The notes: generated from the letters alone by a model not told the origin. Counted from the first letter of the stretch, positions 1-10,636 are shown. The stretch is DNA of 64,000 nt from an uncultured Oscillospiraceae bacterium (GCA_964411275.1 CAYPKG010000002.1:25669-89668); one strand, 5' to 3'. Made by a program: numbers and translations.

Positions 1-2
1 TT

Positions 3-269
3 AGGACACTTGCCGGGGATATTGGCAAGCTGGACAATATTCGTGTCAAAGGCCTTATGTGCGTTCCGCCCATTTGTGCAGCAGAGGAGGCAAGGCGATA
101 TTTTATCGCAATGCGTGGACTGTACGAGGAACTCAAAGCGGAAAGAATTCCCAACGCAACGATGGAGCACCTGTCCATGGGCATGACTGGGGATTACGAA
201 ACCGCCATTGAGGAAGGTTCCACAATCGTGCGAATTGGCACGGGGCTGTTCGGTAACAGGCAGTATTAA
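3..269 (+). CDS. yggS: YggS/PLP homeostasis protein, 3' part (truncated by window start)
   Basis: Frame is open from the window start. C-terminal motifs GLMC and LSMGMTGDYETAIEEGSTIVRIGTGLFG are typical of YggS. It lies upstream of sepF. Confidence 0.9.
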   Translation, partial: RTLAGDIGKLDNIRVKGLMCVPPICAAEEARRYFIAMRGLYEELKAERIPNATMEHLSMGMTGDYETAIEEGSTIVRIGTGLFGNRQY

Positions 270-405
270 TATTTGTAATCCAACGGACAAGCCACGCAAC
301 GAAGGGCTGATCCGTATTCGGCAGAGACTGTGTATAGCAGCCGCCGCGGATATAAAAGAACTCCAAGCGCCAACGAAATAGATTTTTCGTTTGGAGGAAA
401 GTAAA

Positions 406-873
406 ATGGCTAAGCTGTTCAATCGTTTCCTGGACTACATCGGAATTGAAGAAACGGACATGGATGAGGAACTGTATCACGACGATTATTATCAGGACGA
501 GCCCGACGACCGCCCGGACAACGTCGTCAACTTCGGCGCACGGGCAAACGCGAAGAAAAAGCCCGTAACCAATGGCAATGTGGTCAGTATGCCTACGGCG
601 TTGCAGATGAAGATGATCGTGTATCATCCCATCAGCTATGAGGATACCCAGAACATCATTGACAACATGAAGAGCCGTAAGCCCGTGATCGTGAACATGG
701 AAGAACTGGAAATCGAGTGCGCGCAGCGAATTCTTGATTTCATGGCGGGCGCTGTATATGCTCTCAACGGCACCATTTTCAAAATCGCCAGGGGGATATT
801 CGTGGTGGCTCCCAATAACTATGATGTTATTGGCAACGGTGATGGCGGGCTGGAAGACGGCGGCCTGATCTAA
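406..873 (+). CDS. sepF: Cell division protein SepF
   Basis: GGAGG RBS precedes ATG 406. Motifs include KPVIVNMEELE, AQRILDFMAGAVYALNG and IFVVAPNN. Position in the dcw tail fits. Confidence 0.93.
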   Translation: MAKLFNRFLDYIGIEETDMDEELYHDDYYQDEPDDRPDNVVNFGARANAKKKPVTNGNVVSMPTALQMKMIVYHPISYEDTQNIIDNMKSRKPVIVNMEELEIECAQRILDFMAGAVYALNGTIFKIARGIFVVAPNNYDVIGNGDGGLEDGGLI

Positions 874-990
874 TTCAAGTTCGCTGGCAAACGGCAGGGG
901 AGGTTCCCCTTGATACCTGCGCCTTTTTGATCCCCCGAGATATTTGATTTCGGGGGATTTCCCGTATCACCATTAGAAAGGATTTCGGCT

Positions 991-1266
991 GTGATTTTTT
1001 CAGATGATATTGTCAATATGGTATTTACCAAAGCCATTCGCGGCTATGACGTGCAGGAAGTGGATCTGTTTCTTGACGAGGTAATCCGCACATTGGAGGA
1101 GCACGAGCAGGAGCGGGACACGCTGCTGTCCCGGATTGAAGCGCTGCTGGAGGAACTGGATCGCGCGGACAACGCGCTCATCAAGGAGCGCAGCCGGCTT
1201 TCCGCGGGCGAAGCTGCGCAAGTAAGCCCGGGTGTACCGGACAGAGTCCAGGGGAATGCGGATTAA
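991..1266 (+). CDS. DivIVA-domain protein (short, GpsB-like)
   Basis: N-terminal motif FTKAIRGYDVQEVDLFLDEV followed by a coiled coil; 91 aa. Confidence 0.85.
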   Translation: MIFSDDIVNMVFTKAIRGYDVQEVDLFLDEVIRTLEEHEQERDTLLSRIEALLEELDRADNALIKERSRLSAGEAAQVSPGVPDRVQGNAD

Positions 1267-1400
1267 GCCTAAAGCGTTTGGTGCGGAATTTATGGGAATG
1301 ATAAGGTGCTGTACGCAAAAAACATTCGGTTTCCTATTGTTTCGACTTCGTTTGCAGGATATAATGAATGTTACCATTCATAGATAGGAGCGTGAAACCC

Positions 1401-2648
1401 ATGATACAATTCGACCTTCTCCGCGCCGTTGATCCCACTGTTGCGGATGCAATGGGGCTGGAGCTAAATCGCCAGCAGGATCATCTGGAGCTGATAGCCT
1501 CTGAAAATTTCGTGTCGCCTGCGGTCATGGCGGCCATGGGCAGCCATTTGACAAATAAATATGCGGAGGGATACCCCGGCAAGCGCTATTATGGCGGCTG
1601 CCAGTATGTTGACATCGTAGAAAACCTCGCAAGGGACCGGGCAAAAGCTCTGTTCGGCGCGGAGCACGCCAATGTGCAGCCTCATAGCGGCGCGCAGGCG
1701 AACATCGCGGTGTACTTTTCGCTGCTGGAGTATGGCGATACCATACTCGGCATGAACCTGAACCACGGCGGCCACCTGACCCACGGAAGCCCAGTGAACA
1801 TGAGCGGCAAATACTTTAATTTCGTTCCCTATGGCGTGGATGCTGAGGCGGAGCGCATCGATTATGAAGCGTTGGAGGCGTTAGCCAAAGAACATCAGCC
1901 GAAAATGATCGTGGCGGGCGCCAGCGCATACCCGAGAGCCATCGATTTTGAGCGGATCGGCGAAATCGCCAAATCAGTCGGCGCTTATTTCATGGTGGAT
2001 ATGGCGCATATCGCGGGCCTTGTGGCGGGGGGACTGCACCAGAATCCCGTTCCCTATGCGGATGTGGTCACCACCACAACCCATAAAACACTGCGGGGGC
2101 CCCGGGGCGGCATGATTTTATGCCGCGAGGCGCTTGCAAAGCAGATTGACAAGGGTATATTCCCCGGCACCCAGGGCGGCCCGCTGATGCACGTCATCGC
2201 AGCAAAGGCCATCAGCTTCCTGGAGGCGGCAAGCCCCGCGTTTCGGGAGTATCAGCAGCAGATCGTGAAAAACGCCCAAGCCTTGGCCGACGCGCTGCAG
2301 GCGGCGGGTCTCCGGTTGGTTTCCGGCGGCACGGACAACCATCTGATATTGGTGGACTTGACCAGCACCGGCCGCACGGGCAAAGAGGTGGAAAAGCTTC
2401 TGGATCTTGCCCATATCACAGTCAACAAGAACACAATCCCCAACGAGACCAAAAGCCCCTTTATCACCAGCGGCGTGCGCATCGGCACCCCGGCGGTGAC
2501 GTCCCGGGGGATGAAGGAAGAGGATATGGCCGAGATCGGCGCCTGCATCGCTAAGGTTGTGGTGGACGGCGAAGGAGCGCTCAACGAGGTCAAGAACCTG
2601 GTGCTTGCCCTATGCGCGAAGCATCCGCTGTATGATGGGATAGCGTAG
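1401..2648 (+). CDS. glyA: Serine hydroxymethyltransferase
   Basis: Motifs [36 protein letters not shown] (PLP lysine) and [17 protein letters not shown] and a TATAAT -10 lie upstream. Confidence 0.98.
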   Translation: MIQFDLLRAVDPTVADAMGLELNRQQDHLELIASENFVSPAVMAAMGSHLTNKYAEGYPGKRYYGGCQYVDIVENLARDRAKALFGAEHANVQPHSGAQANIAVYFSLLEYGDTILGMNLNHGGHLTHGSPVNMSGKYFNFVPYGVDAEAERIDYEALEALAKEHQPKMIVAGASAYPRAIDFERIGEIAKSVGAYFMVDMAHIAGLVAGGLHQNPVPYADVVTTTTHKTLRGPRGGMILCREALAKQIDKGIFPGTQGGPLMHVIAAKAISFLEAASPAFREYQQQIVKNAQALADALQAAGLRLVSGGTDNHLILVDLTSTGRTGKEVEKLLDLAHITVNKNTIPNETKSPFITSGVRIGTPAVTSRGMKEEDMAEIGACIAKVVVDGEGALNEVKNLVLALCAKHPLYDGIA

Positions 2649-2680
2649 CCATCGACAAAGCCTTGGCTTTGTGGATAGGG
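2649..2680 (+). repeat. Dispersed palindromic repeat, copy 1 (short)
   Basis: ccatcgacaaagccttggctttgtggataggg begins immediately after the glyA stop. It matches the copies at 20856, 25258 and 57517. Confidence 0.85.
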
Positions 2681-2684
2681 CTGA

Positions 2685-2711
2685 ACGGCCGGTGTTTTGC
2701 ACCGGCCGTTA
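2685..2711. terminator. Hairpin between convergent glyA and asnA
   Basis: aacggccggtg-ttttg-caccggccgtt forms a perfect 11-bp stem. Confidence 0.7.
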
Positions 2712-2740
2712 GTTAACTCATAATGATTGAGAATAGTGAG

Positions 2741-3751
2741 CTATAATAGGATGACGCCCGCTTCATCGCACACCTGATGAGTATGTTGATCCCAAATGGA
2801 GGATTGCACCTCGCCGATATGCGCCTTGCCCAGCAGCAGCATGCACAGCCGGGACTGGCCGATGCCGCCGCCCATGGTAAGGGGAAGGGTGCCGTCAAGC
2901 AGCATTTTGTGATATGCAAGCTCCCGCCGGTCGTCGCATCCTGAAAGCGTCAGCTGCCGGTCCAGGCTTTGTGGATTGACGCGGATGCCCATGGAGGAAA
3001 TCTCCAGAACGCAGTCCAGCACAGGGAAATAAAACAGGATATCCCCGTTGAGCGCCCAGTCATCATAGTCCGGGGAACGGCCGCCATGGGGCGCGCCGGA
3101 GCGCAGTTTATCGCCTATACCCATGAGAAATGTGGTGGGATGATCCCTGACATACAGGAATTCGCGCTCTTCGGGGGTACGGTTCGGCCAGCGGTCCTCC
3201 AGCTCTTGGGAAGTTACAAAGGAAACCTCCCGCTTCAGCTCTGTTTTGATCGCCGGAAAATGCACCCGTACGGCGTCCAGCGTGTGGCAGATGCAGGTAA
3301 CGATGGCCTGAACGGTGGTTTTCAGGTGCTCTTCTGTGCGGGTTTGCGCTGTGATAACCTTTTCCCAGTCCCATTGATCCACATAAATGGAGTGGAGATT
3401 GTCAAGTGCTTCATCCCGGCGTATTGCGTTCATATCGGCATAGATACCCTTGCCGGGATGAAAATCATACCGGTACAGGGCCATGCGCTTCCATTTGGCC
3501 AAAGAATGCACCACTTCCGCTGTTGTCACGCCTGTGGCAGGCGCCTGAAAGCTCACGGGCCTCTCGACTCCGTTCAGGTTGTCGTTTAGTCCCGTGGCGG
3601 GGTCCACAAACAAGGGCGCGGACACCCGCTTGAGGTTCAGCGCCGTGGCCAAATCCGCCTGAAAACAGCTTTTGATTAAGCCGATGGCGCTTTGGGTGTC
3701 GTAAAGGTCAAGGCTGGAAGAGTATCCCGCCGGAATAAAGCTTTGCTGCAT
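2741..3751 (-). CDS. asnA: Aspartate-ammonia ligase
   Basis: Motifs RVSAPLFV, GLNDNLNGVERPVSF, SLAKWKR, YVDQWDWEK, RSPDYDDW and LTMGGGIGQSR. Confidence 0.97.
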   Translation of the reverse strand: MQQSFIPAGYSSSLDLYDTQSAIGLIKSCFQADLATALNLKRVSAPLFVDPATGLNDNLNGVERPVSFQAPATGVTTAEVVHSLAKWKRMALYRYDFHPGKGIYADMNAIRRDEALDNLHSIYVDQWDWEKVITAQTRTEEHLKTTVQAIVTCICHTLDAVRVHFPAIKTELKREVSFVTSQELEDRWPNRTPEEREFLYVRDHPTTFLMGIGDKLRSGAPHGGRSPDYDDWALNGDILFYFPVLDCVLEISSMGIRVNPQSLDRQLTLSGCDDRRELAYHKMLLDGTLPLTMGGGIGQSRLCMLLLGKAHIGEVQSSIWDQHTHQVCDEAGVILL

Positions 3752-3759
3752 CGTTCACC

Positions 3760-4632
3760 TCATTTATGGGTTCCGATATGGAACAGGGCCACTGTGCCCG
3801 GCCCGGAATGTGCGCCGATTACAGGCCCGATGAAATCCACGAGAAAACCCGTAAACCCAAACCGCTTCTCAACCAGCGCTTTTACATACTCCGCGTCCTC
3901 CAGGCAATTGCCATGGCCGATGAATATCACATCGTTTTCATGGGGCAGGCAGGTTTCGTGCATGAGATCTACCAGCGCTTTGAGCGAGCGCTTGCGCCCC
4001 TGCACCTTTTGCAGCGGGATGAGGTGCCCCTCATCATCCACGTGCAGTACGGGCTTGATCTTGAGCGCGGTGCCGAATGTGGCTGCCGTGGCGGAAACCC
4101 GTCTGCCGCGCTTTAAATGATGCAGGTCGCCCACCGTAAACCAGTGGCAAAGGCGGTTCCGGGTGCTGTGGAGCCAGTGTGTAAGCTCCGCAAGGGTCAG
4201 GCCCTCGTCCCGTTTTTTGCAGGCATGGTATACGAGCAGCCCCTCGCCAAGGGACGCTGCCCGGCTGTCAAACACGATTATTTTCCGCTCCGGATAGGCT
4301 TCCATCAGCTCCGCCGCCACGAGATTTGCGTTCTGCTGGGAACCGGTTAGCCCAGAGGAAAACGCGATGTAGAGGATATCCTCCCCAGACTCTAAAATAG
4401 GGCGGAAAGCGGTTTCATATGTAAAGGCGTTAATGAGTGTGGTGGTAGGCTGTGCGCCGGAGCGCACCTTTTCATAAAATGTGGCGGGATTGAGTTGCGA
4501 ATAGGTGGGCTCAAACGTATAGACTTCATCCCCCAAATGCACTTCCATGGGAATGACGCTGACATTAAGCGCTTCTACCAGCGATTGGGGCAGATCCGCC
4601 GTGGCGTCGGTCACAATACGGTATTTACTCAT
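3760..4632 (-). CDS. DegV family fatty-acid-binding protein (FakB-like)
   Basis: Motifs IVTDATADLP, SSGLTGS, DSRAASLGEG, LKIKPVL and GPVIGAHSGPG. Confidence 0.93.
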   Translation of the reverse strand: MSKYRIVTDATADLPQSLVEALNVSVIPMEVHLGDEVYTFEPTYSQLNPATFYEKVRSGAQPTTTLINAFTYETAFRPILESGEDILYIAFSSGLTGSQQNANLVAAELMEAYPERKIIVFDSRAASLGEGLLVYHACKKRDEGLTLAELTHWLHSTRNRLCHWFTVGDLHHLKRGRRVSATAATFGTALKIKPVLHVDDEGHLIPLQKVQGRKRSLKALVDLMHETCLPHENDVIFIGHGNCLEDAEYVKALVEKRFGFTGFLVDFIGPVIGAHSGPGTVALFHIGTHK

Positions 4633-4755
4633 GAGACATTATCCTCGCTTACTTTAACATCAATAGTGCAATTATACCGGGTAATCATTATCACTACAAG
4701 GCATAAATGGAAAAAGGCTGTTAAGCTTTCGGCGTTGCGCAGCCGCTATTCCCCC

Positions 4756-4784
4756 TTGTAACATTTCGCCTTTTCCGGTACAAT
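4756..4784 (+). promoter_or_regulatory. sigmaA-like promoter of frr
   Basis: TTGTAA-17 nt-TACAAT. Confidence 0.6.
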
Positions 4785-4827
4785 GAAGCAAGACAAACCA
4801 TCCAAACGAGAGCAAGGAGGAACCATC

Positions 4828-5382
4828 ATGGCAGAGGTCAATGAAATCGCGAAAGAAAAAATGGGCAAAACCATTTCCGTTCTGAAGCAGGAGCTTTCAA
4901 GCCTTCGGGCTGGGAGGGCCAACGCCCAGGTGTTGGATCGGGTGATGGTGGATTATTACGGCACTCCCACGCCGATTAACCAGATGGGCAATATATCGTC
5001 GCCGGAACCCCGGCTGCTGATCATTTCCGTGTGGGACCAGAAGGCGCTGGGCCTCATCGAAAAGGCGATCCAGAAGTCGGATATCGGCATCTATCCCACC
5101 AACGATGGCAAGGTCATCCGCCTTGTGTTCCCGGAACTGACGGAGGAGCGCCGCAAGGAGCTGGTTAAGGTGGTGCGCAAGAAAGGCGAGGAAAGCAAGG
5201 TTGCCGTCCGCGCGATCCGCCGCGACGCCAACGATCAGATTAAAAAGCAGCGCAAAAACAGCGACATCACCGAGGACGATCAGAAGATCATGGAGGATCA
5301 GTGCCAGAAGCTGACGGACGAGGCGATCAAGGACATCGACAGGATTATCTCCGACAAGGAAAAGGAGATTTTAGAGGTTTGA
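4828..5382 (+). CDS. frr: Ribosome recycling factor
   Basis: Motifs [21 protein letters not shown] and [20 protein letters not shown]. Confidence 0.97.
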   Translation: MAEVNEIAKEKMGKTISVLKQELSSLRAGRANAQVLDRVMVDYYGTPTPINQMGNISSPEPRLLIISVWDQKALGLIEKAIQKSDIGIYPTNDGKVIRLVFPELTEERRKELVKVVRKKGEESKVAVRAIRRDANDQIKKQRKNSDITEDDQKIMEDQCQKLTDEAIKDIDRIISDKEKEILEV

Positions 5383-5594
5383 TGGAGGCGGTTAGCGTCC
5401 TGGGGTTGGAGCTTTCGTCGGCAATCGATCGATTGGAGCAGGCCGCGAACCGGGTCACTGCGCAAGAAGAGGTCAGAAGCCGCAAGGGGCTGGAGGGGGA
5501 CGAAAAGCGGGTCGTGCGGCAGAAGTTTGTGCAGACCGGATGCGTGGAGCTTACGTACGCGCTGTTTCGCACACGGCTTATTGAGGAAGAATAA
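5382..5594 (+). CDS. Small hypothetical protein (70 aa) translationally coupled to frr
   Basis: The ATG overlaps the frr TGA (TGATG). The frame is open to TAA 5594 and is followed by a GC-rich hairpin at about 5596-5622. Confidence 0.55.
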   Translation: MEAVSVLGLELSSAIDRLEQAANRVTAQEEVRSRKGLEGDEKRVVRQKFVQTGCVELTYALFRTRLIEEE

Positions 5595-5667
5595 ATGGGG
5601 GGCGGGGATTTTCCCCGCCCTGTTGCCGCGAAAGGAAGGGCGATGAAAGGAGCCAGGAACAAATAGC

Positions 5668-6414
5668 ATGAGCAAGCTGAACGGGCAAGAGATCGCAGCG
5701 CTGGGGCTGAGCCCAGCGGCGCTGCCCCAGCATGTGGGCATCATCATGGACGGCAATGGCCGCTGGGCCACAAAGCGGGGCTTCCCCCGCAGCATAGGCC
5801 ACCGTGCAGGGGTGGACCGGCTTAGAGGCATCATTCAGCTAAGCTCGGATCTCGGCATTACGGCGCTGTCCCTGTACGCCTTTTCCACAGAAAATTGGAA
5901 GCGTCCCAAGGAAGAGATCGGGGTGCTCTGCTCGCTGCTGGTGGAATATTTTAATAAGGAAATCGACGAGCTTCATGCAAACGGGGTTTGCATTGGCGTG
6001 CTCGGAGAGTATGCGGCGTTTCCGAAAGCCGTGGTGGATGCCATTGACAAGGCCATCGCGCGCACGAAAAACAACGGTGGGCTAAAGCTTTCCATCGCCC
6101 TCAATTACGGCAGCCGGACGGAGCTTGTGCGTGCAGTCAAGGATATCGCAACGGCTGTGCAGCAAGGAAAGCTTTCGCCTGAGGATGTGGATGAAGCGGC
6201 GATCCTCACGAGGCTTTATACAGGCGGGCTTCCGGAGCCGGATCTGATCATCCGCACCAGCGGGGAGCAGCGGCTTTCCAATTTCATGATGGTGCAGGCG
6301 GCGTACGCGGAGCTGATGTTTGTAGATGACTTCTGGCCGGATTTTTCGGACGAACGGTATATTGCCTGCCTTAAGGCATTCGCGTTTCGCAAAAGGCGGT
6401 TTGGCGGGCTGTAA
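5668..6414 (+). CDS. uppS: Undecaprenyl diphosphate synthase
   Basis: Motifs HVGIIMDGNGRWA, LYAFSTENWKRP and DLIIRTSGEQRLSNF. Confidence 0.97.
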   Translation: MSKLNGQEIAALGLSPAALPQHVGIIMDGNGRWATKRGFPRSIGHRAGVDRLRGIIQLSSDLGITALSLYAFSTENWKRPKEEIGVLCSLLVEYFNKEIDELHANGVCIGVLGEYAAFPKAVVDAIDKAIARTKNNGGLKLSIALNYGSRTELVRAVKDIATAVQQGKLSPEDVDEAAILTRLYTGGLPEPDLIIRTSGEQRLSNFMMVQAAYAELMFVDDFWPDFSDERYIACLKAFAFRKRRFGGL

Positions 6415-6494
6415 AGGTCTAAAACGCCGCTTTTAGCAAGGCCGGCATAACAAAGGGGCTCATCCCTTAATTTCCGGAAAGATAAGGATGAAAT

Positions 6495-7301
6495 ATGGGT
6501 AAACGGATTGTAGTAGGGTTGTTGTTGGTGGGGCTGTTTGCGGCCATGCTGTACCTGGGCGGCTGGGTGCAGGTGGCGGTGTTTACGTTTGCGGCCATGC
6601 TCGCGGTATATGAAATGGGCCAGGTGCTCAAAAACAAAGCGCTTTCGCCCTGGTTGCTTCCGGGGTTCCTGTTTGCGGGGCTTTATGGCATACTACATTT
6701 TTTATTTTGCAGTGCGGCTGCGGTTGCATTCCTGGGAGCCTTGTGCCTGTTAATGGTGATTGTGGAGCGGATTTTTAACAAACGCCGAACCACTGAAGAC
6801 TGCTTCGCGGGGCTTTCCATATTCCTGTACCCATTGCCTTTTTTTGCGGTGCTTATGCTGCTGGGCGGCGGGTTTCCACGGCATATCGGCGTCACTGGCT
6901 TGCTGTTGGCGTTTGCCGGCCCGCTGGTAGGGGATACCCTGGCGTATTTCATCGGCAGCTTTTTCGGAAAGCATAAGCTGTGTCCGGACATCAGCCCCAA
7001 AAAGACCGTGGAGGGCAGCATCGCCTCGCTTTTGGGCGGGGTGATTGGCGGCGGGCTGGTGATTTGGCTGCAGCCGTTTTGGGGCGGCAACATTTCCATT
7101 GTTGCGTTGCTGATATTGGGCGGGCTGTGCGGCGCGCTGGGGCAGGTGGGGGATCTGTTCGCGTCCCTTATCAAGCGCTGGGCAGGGGTGAAGGATTATG
7201 GCTCCATATTCCCGGGCCACGGCGGGGTCATGGACCGGCTGGACAGCGTGCTTTTGTGCGCGCCTGTGATATTCGCGTATTTTTATTATTTTGCGCGGTA
7301 G
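6495..7301 (+). CDS. cdsA: Phosphatidate cytidylyltransferase
   Basis: Motifs DTLAYFIG, ISPKKTVEG and KDYGSIFPGHGGVMDRLDS. Confidence 0.96.
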   Translation: MGKRIVVGLLLVGLFAAMLYLGGWVQVAVFTFAAMLAVYEMGQVLKNKALSPWLLPGFLFAGLYGILHFLFCSAAAVAFLGALCLLMVIVERIFNKRRTTEDCFAGLSIFLYPLPFFAVLMLLGGGFPRHIGVTGLLLAFAGPLVGDTLAYFIGSFFGKHKLCPDISPKKTVEGSIASLLGGVIGGGLVIWLQPFWGGNISIVALLILGGLCGALGQVGDLFASLIKRWAGVKDYGSIFPGHGGVMDRLDSVLLCAPVIFAYFYYFAR

Positions 7302-7320
7302 CCTAAGCGAGGGTAAGTCT

Positions 7321-8460
7321 ATGGGAAAAAACATCGTGGTGCTGGGCAGCACCGGCTCTATCGGCAGGCAGGCGCTTAGCGTAATCGCGGCTTTGCCGGA
7401 GCATTTTACATTGCTTGGCCTTGGCGCTGGGCAAAACGCCAAGCTGTTTTTAGAGCAGGCTTTGGCATTCGCTCCCCGGTTTGCGGCCCTTCAAACGGAT
7501 CTGTGCAGTGTTAGCGCCGGGCTTCCTGAGGGGACTGCGTATCTCCCTGGGGACGAGGGAATTCTGGCGCTTGCGGCGCATCCTGAGGCGGATGTCATCG
7601 TCATGGGCATTTCCGGCATCGCGGCTTTGCCGCCCCTTCTCGCGGCCCTGAACGCGGGAAAGACCGTGGCGCTGGCCAATAAGGAAAGCATCGTCTGCGG
7701 TAATGCCCTTGTCCGTGCGGCGGCAAAGGCGGGAGGCGGCCGGATTTTGCCTGTGGACAGCGAGCAGTCGGCTATATTCCAGTGCCTGATGAACGGGAAG
7801 CGGGAGGATGTCAAATCCATCATACTCACCGCGTCCGGCGGGCCGTTTCGGGAGTACTCCGAGGCCAGATTGAAAACCGTGACCCCTGAAATGGCGCTCG
7901 ACCACCCCACATGGAGCATGGGCAGGAAAATTACCATCGACAGCGCAACGCTTATGAACAAGGGTCTGGAGGTTTTGGAGGCGGCGTACCTCTTTGATTT
8001 GAAAAAAGAACACATTCGTGTACTAGTTCATCCGCAATCTATCGTACATTCTATGGTAGAATATCAGGATGGGGCGGTGATCGCACAATTGTCAAAGCCG
8101 GATATGCGCCTGGCCATTCAGTACGCCATGACATATCCAGAGCGGGTCGCCGGCCCGGCGGAGCCGCTGGATCTCACGAAAACGGCGGGCCTGACATTTG
8201 AACCCGTGAAGCAGCCCCTTGCCCGGGCGGTGGAGCTTGCTTACGAGGCGCTTTCTCTGGGCGGCGCGTTGCCCACCCTATACAATGGCGCGAACGAGGC
8301 GGCTGTGCCGTTGTTTCTTGATGGGCGCATCGGCTTTCTTGACATCCACCGGCTGGTGGAGGAGGTCATGGCGGCAGGGAGCGGGCTCCCGGCGGACTCC
8401 CTTATGGAGGTGTTGGCGGCGGACGCGTTCGCAAAGCGGAAAACATTGGAGCTTGCTTGA
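7321..8460 (+). CDS. dxr: 1-deoxy-D-xylulose-5-phosphate reductoisomerase
   Basis: Motifs LGSTGSIG, LANKES, PVDSEQSAIFQ, HPTWSMGRKITIDSATLMNKGLE and HPQSIVHS. Confidence 0.97.
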   Translation: MGKNIVVLGSTGSIGRQALSVIAALPEHFTLLGLGAGQNAKLFLEQALAFAPRFAALQTDLCSVSAGLPEGTAYLPGDEGILALAAHPEADVIVMGISGIAALPPLLAALNAGKTVALANKESIVCGNALVRAAAKAGGGRILPVDSEQSAIFQCLMNGKREDVKSIILTASGGPFREYSEARLKTVTPEMALDHPTWSMGRKITIDSATLMNKGLEVLEAAYLFDLKKEHIRVLVHPQSIVHSMVEYQDGAVIAQLSKPDMRLAIQYAMTYPERVAGPAEPLDLTKTAGLTFEPVKQPLARAVELAYEALSLGGALPTLYNGANEAAVPLFLDGRIGFLDIHRLVEEVMAAGSGLPADSLMEVLAADAFAKRKTLELA

Positions 8461-8482
8461 GGGAAGAAAGGAACGAACATAG

Positions 8483-9541
8483 TTGGAAAACATTTTTTCG
8501 AACATATTGTCCATCATCGCGGCATTGCTGCTGCTGGGCGTATTCATCACCGTGCATGAGCTGGGGCATTTTCTTGTGGCCCGGCTGCTGAAATTCAGGA
8601 TTTTAGAGTTTGCCGTGGGCATGGGCCCGAAGATCTGGGGCAAGGAAAAAAACGGCACATTGTTTAGCCTGCGCGCGCTTCCCCTTGGGGGTATGTGCCG
8701 CTTCTACGGCGAAGACGAGGGGGTTGCCGACGGCGGGGGCTTTAACGACCAGAAGGTGTGGAAGCGCATTCTCGTGGTGCTGTCCGGGCCCCTATGCAAT
8801 CTCATCATGGCGCTGCTGCTGGGCACCGTCATTCTTATGGGCTACGGCGTGTACACCAACGAGACGCAGGTACGCGTGGAGGAGCTTTCAAGCCCGAGCG
8901 CTCCCGCGGCGGTCAGCGGCGTAGAGACCGGGGACGTGATCATCGCGGTGGATGGAGTGAAGGTTATTACCAACGATGAAGCCCTAACGGCCATCGGCGC
9001 TGCCAAGGCGGAGGGCCTTACCCTCACGGTGCTTCGGGATGGGGCGGAAAAGGAAATCCTCGTTGCAGACATCTATAACCAGCAGGAAGACAAAAACATG
9101 CTGGGCGTGATGGTGGGCACCTATTATCTTCGGGAGAAGCAGGGGCTGTTTGACGCCATCAGCGGCACATTCTCCTACGCGGGGATGGTGATAAAAGAGA
9201 CATTTGGCGTGCTGGGCCGCCTCATTACCGGCAAGGTAGAGCAGGGCGAGGTGGGCGGCGTGGTGGCCATCGTAGCCACCGTCAGCTATGCCGTGCGCAC
9301 CAACCTTGAAATGGTGTTGCAGATGGCCATGCTCATCAGCATCAGTTTGGGGATCATGAACCTTCTGCCCATCCCGGCGTTGGACGGCGGGCGGCTGGTG
9401 TTTTTGATGATCGAGGGCATCCGCCGCAAGCCCATCTCGCCGGAAAAGGAAGGCATGGTGCATTTCATTGGGTTTGCGCTTTTGATGGTGCTGATGGTAT
9501 TTCTTGTATTCAGCGACATCCGCATGCTGTCCGGCAGCTAA
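8483..9541 (+). CDS. rseP: RIP metalloprotease RseP/RasP with PDZ domain
   Basis: HELGH zinc motif, NLLPIPALDGG motif and a central PDZ-like segment. Confidence 0.95.
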   Translation: MENIFSNILSIIAALLLLGVFITVHELGHFLVARLLKFRILEFAVGMGPKIWGKEKNGTLFSLRALPLGGMCRFYGEDEGVADGGGFNDQKVWKRILVVLSGPLCNLIMALLLGTVILMGYGVYTNETQVRVEELSSPSAPAAVSGVETGDVIIAVDGVKVITNDEALTAIGAAKAEGLTLTVLRDGAEKEILVADIYNQQEDKNMLGVMVGTYYLREKQGLFDAISGTFSYAGMVIKETFGVLGRLITGKVEQGEVGGVVAIVATVSYAVRTNLEMVLQMAMLISISLGIMNLLPIPALDGGRLVFLMIEGIRRKPISPEKEGMVHFIGFALLMVLMVFLVFSDIRMLSGS

Positions 9542-9559
9542 TGGGGAGGGACTTTCAGT

Positions 9560-10636
9560 ATGGTAAGGGAACACACAAGGCCCGTCAAAGCCGGAGCCGT
9601 TTCGATTGGCGGCGGCGCGCCCATTACGATACAGTCCATGACAAACACAGACACCCGGGACGTGGACAAAACAGTCGCCCAGATTGAACGACTCGCCGCA
9701 GCGGGCTGCGAAATCGTCAGGAGCTCCGTCTATGACATGGACAGCGCAAGTGCGCTCAAGGAAATCAAAAGGCGCATCCGCATCCCATTGGTAGCGGACA
9801 TCCATTTCGACTACAGGCTGGCAATCGCCGCAATCGAGGCGGGTATGGATAAGCTGCGCTTTAATCCCGGCAACATTGGAAGCGGTGAAAATGTCTTAAA
9901 GCTGGCGGCGGCGGCCAAAGATTATGGGGTGCCCATTCGCGTGGGCGTAAACGGCGGGTCGCTGGAGGCGGAGCTTCTTCGCCGCTATGGCGGGCCGACG
10001 CCTGAGGCTATGGTGGAAAGCGCGCTCAAGCATGCTTTGCTATTGGAGCAGGCCGGGTTTTATGACATTGTGCTTTCCATTAAATCCAGCGTTGTCCCGG
10101 ATATGGTGGCGGCATGCCGGCTGGCGGCTAAAAAGGCGCCCTATCCGCTGCACATTGGGGTGACGGAGGCGGGGATGGGCCCCCTTGCGGTAGCCAAATC
10201 CGCCGTGGGTATTGGCGCGCTATTGCTCGACGGCATCGGCGACACGCTCAGGGTGTCACTGACCGGGGATCCGGTGCAAGAGGTGGAGGCCGCGTTGGTG
10301 ATCCTCCAGGCGGCGGGCCTGCGCAAGGCGGGGGTTGAAATAGTCAGCTGCCCCACCTGCGGCAGGTGCAATGTGGATTTGGCGGATATCGTGGCCCTTG
10401 TGCGCGGGGCGCTGCCGGAGGAAATGGGGGCGCGTCCAGTCAAGCTGGCGGTCATGGGCTGCGCGGTCAATGGCCCAGGAGAGGCCCGGGAAGCGGACGC
10501 GGGTCTGGCCTGCGGCAGAGAGGGGCGTGCGGTTGCCTTTTACAAAGGGGAACAGGTAGGCGGCATGCCCTTGATGGAAGCGGTACATTGGCTTTCGAAG
10601 GCGGCGGAGAAATTGAGCAAAATGCCTGCCGACTGA
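9560..10636 (+). CDS. ispG: HMBPP synthase (flavodoxin-dependent)
   Basis: Motifs IQSMTNT, LVADIHF, RFNPGNIG, LHIGVTEAG, CPTCGRC and MGCAVNGPGEA. Confidence 0.97.
   Translation: MVREHTRPVKAGAVSIGGGAPITIQSMTNTDTRDVDKTVAQIERLAAAGCEIVRSSVYDMDSASALKEIKRRIRIPLVADIHFDYRLAIAAIEAGMDKLRFNPGNIGSGENVLKLAAAAKDYGVPIRVGVNGGSLEAELLRRYGGPTPEAMVESALKHALLLEQAGFYDIVLSIKSSVVPDMVAACRLAAKKAPYPLHIGVTEAGMGPLAVAKSAVGIGALLLDGIGDTLRVSLTGDPVQEVEAALVILQAAGLRKAGVEIVSCPTCGRCNVDLADIVALVRGALPEEMGARPVKLAVMGCAVNGPGEAREADAGLACGREGRAVAFYKGEQVGGMPLMEAVHWLSKAAEKLSKMPAD

Noticed and set aside
270-405. Possible riboswitch upstream of sepF (cgga/tccg and agcc/ggct stems)
   Set aside because: The stems are short and lack the signature of any riboswitch class I can recognise.
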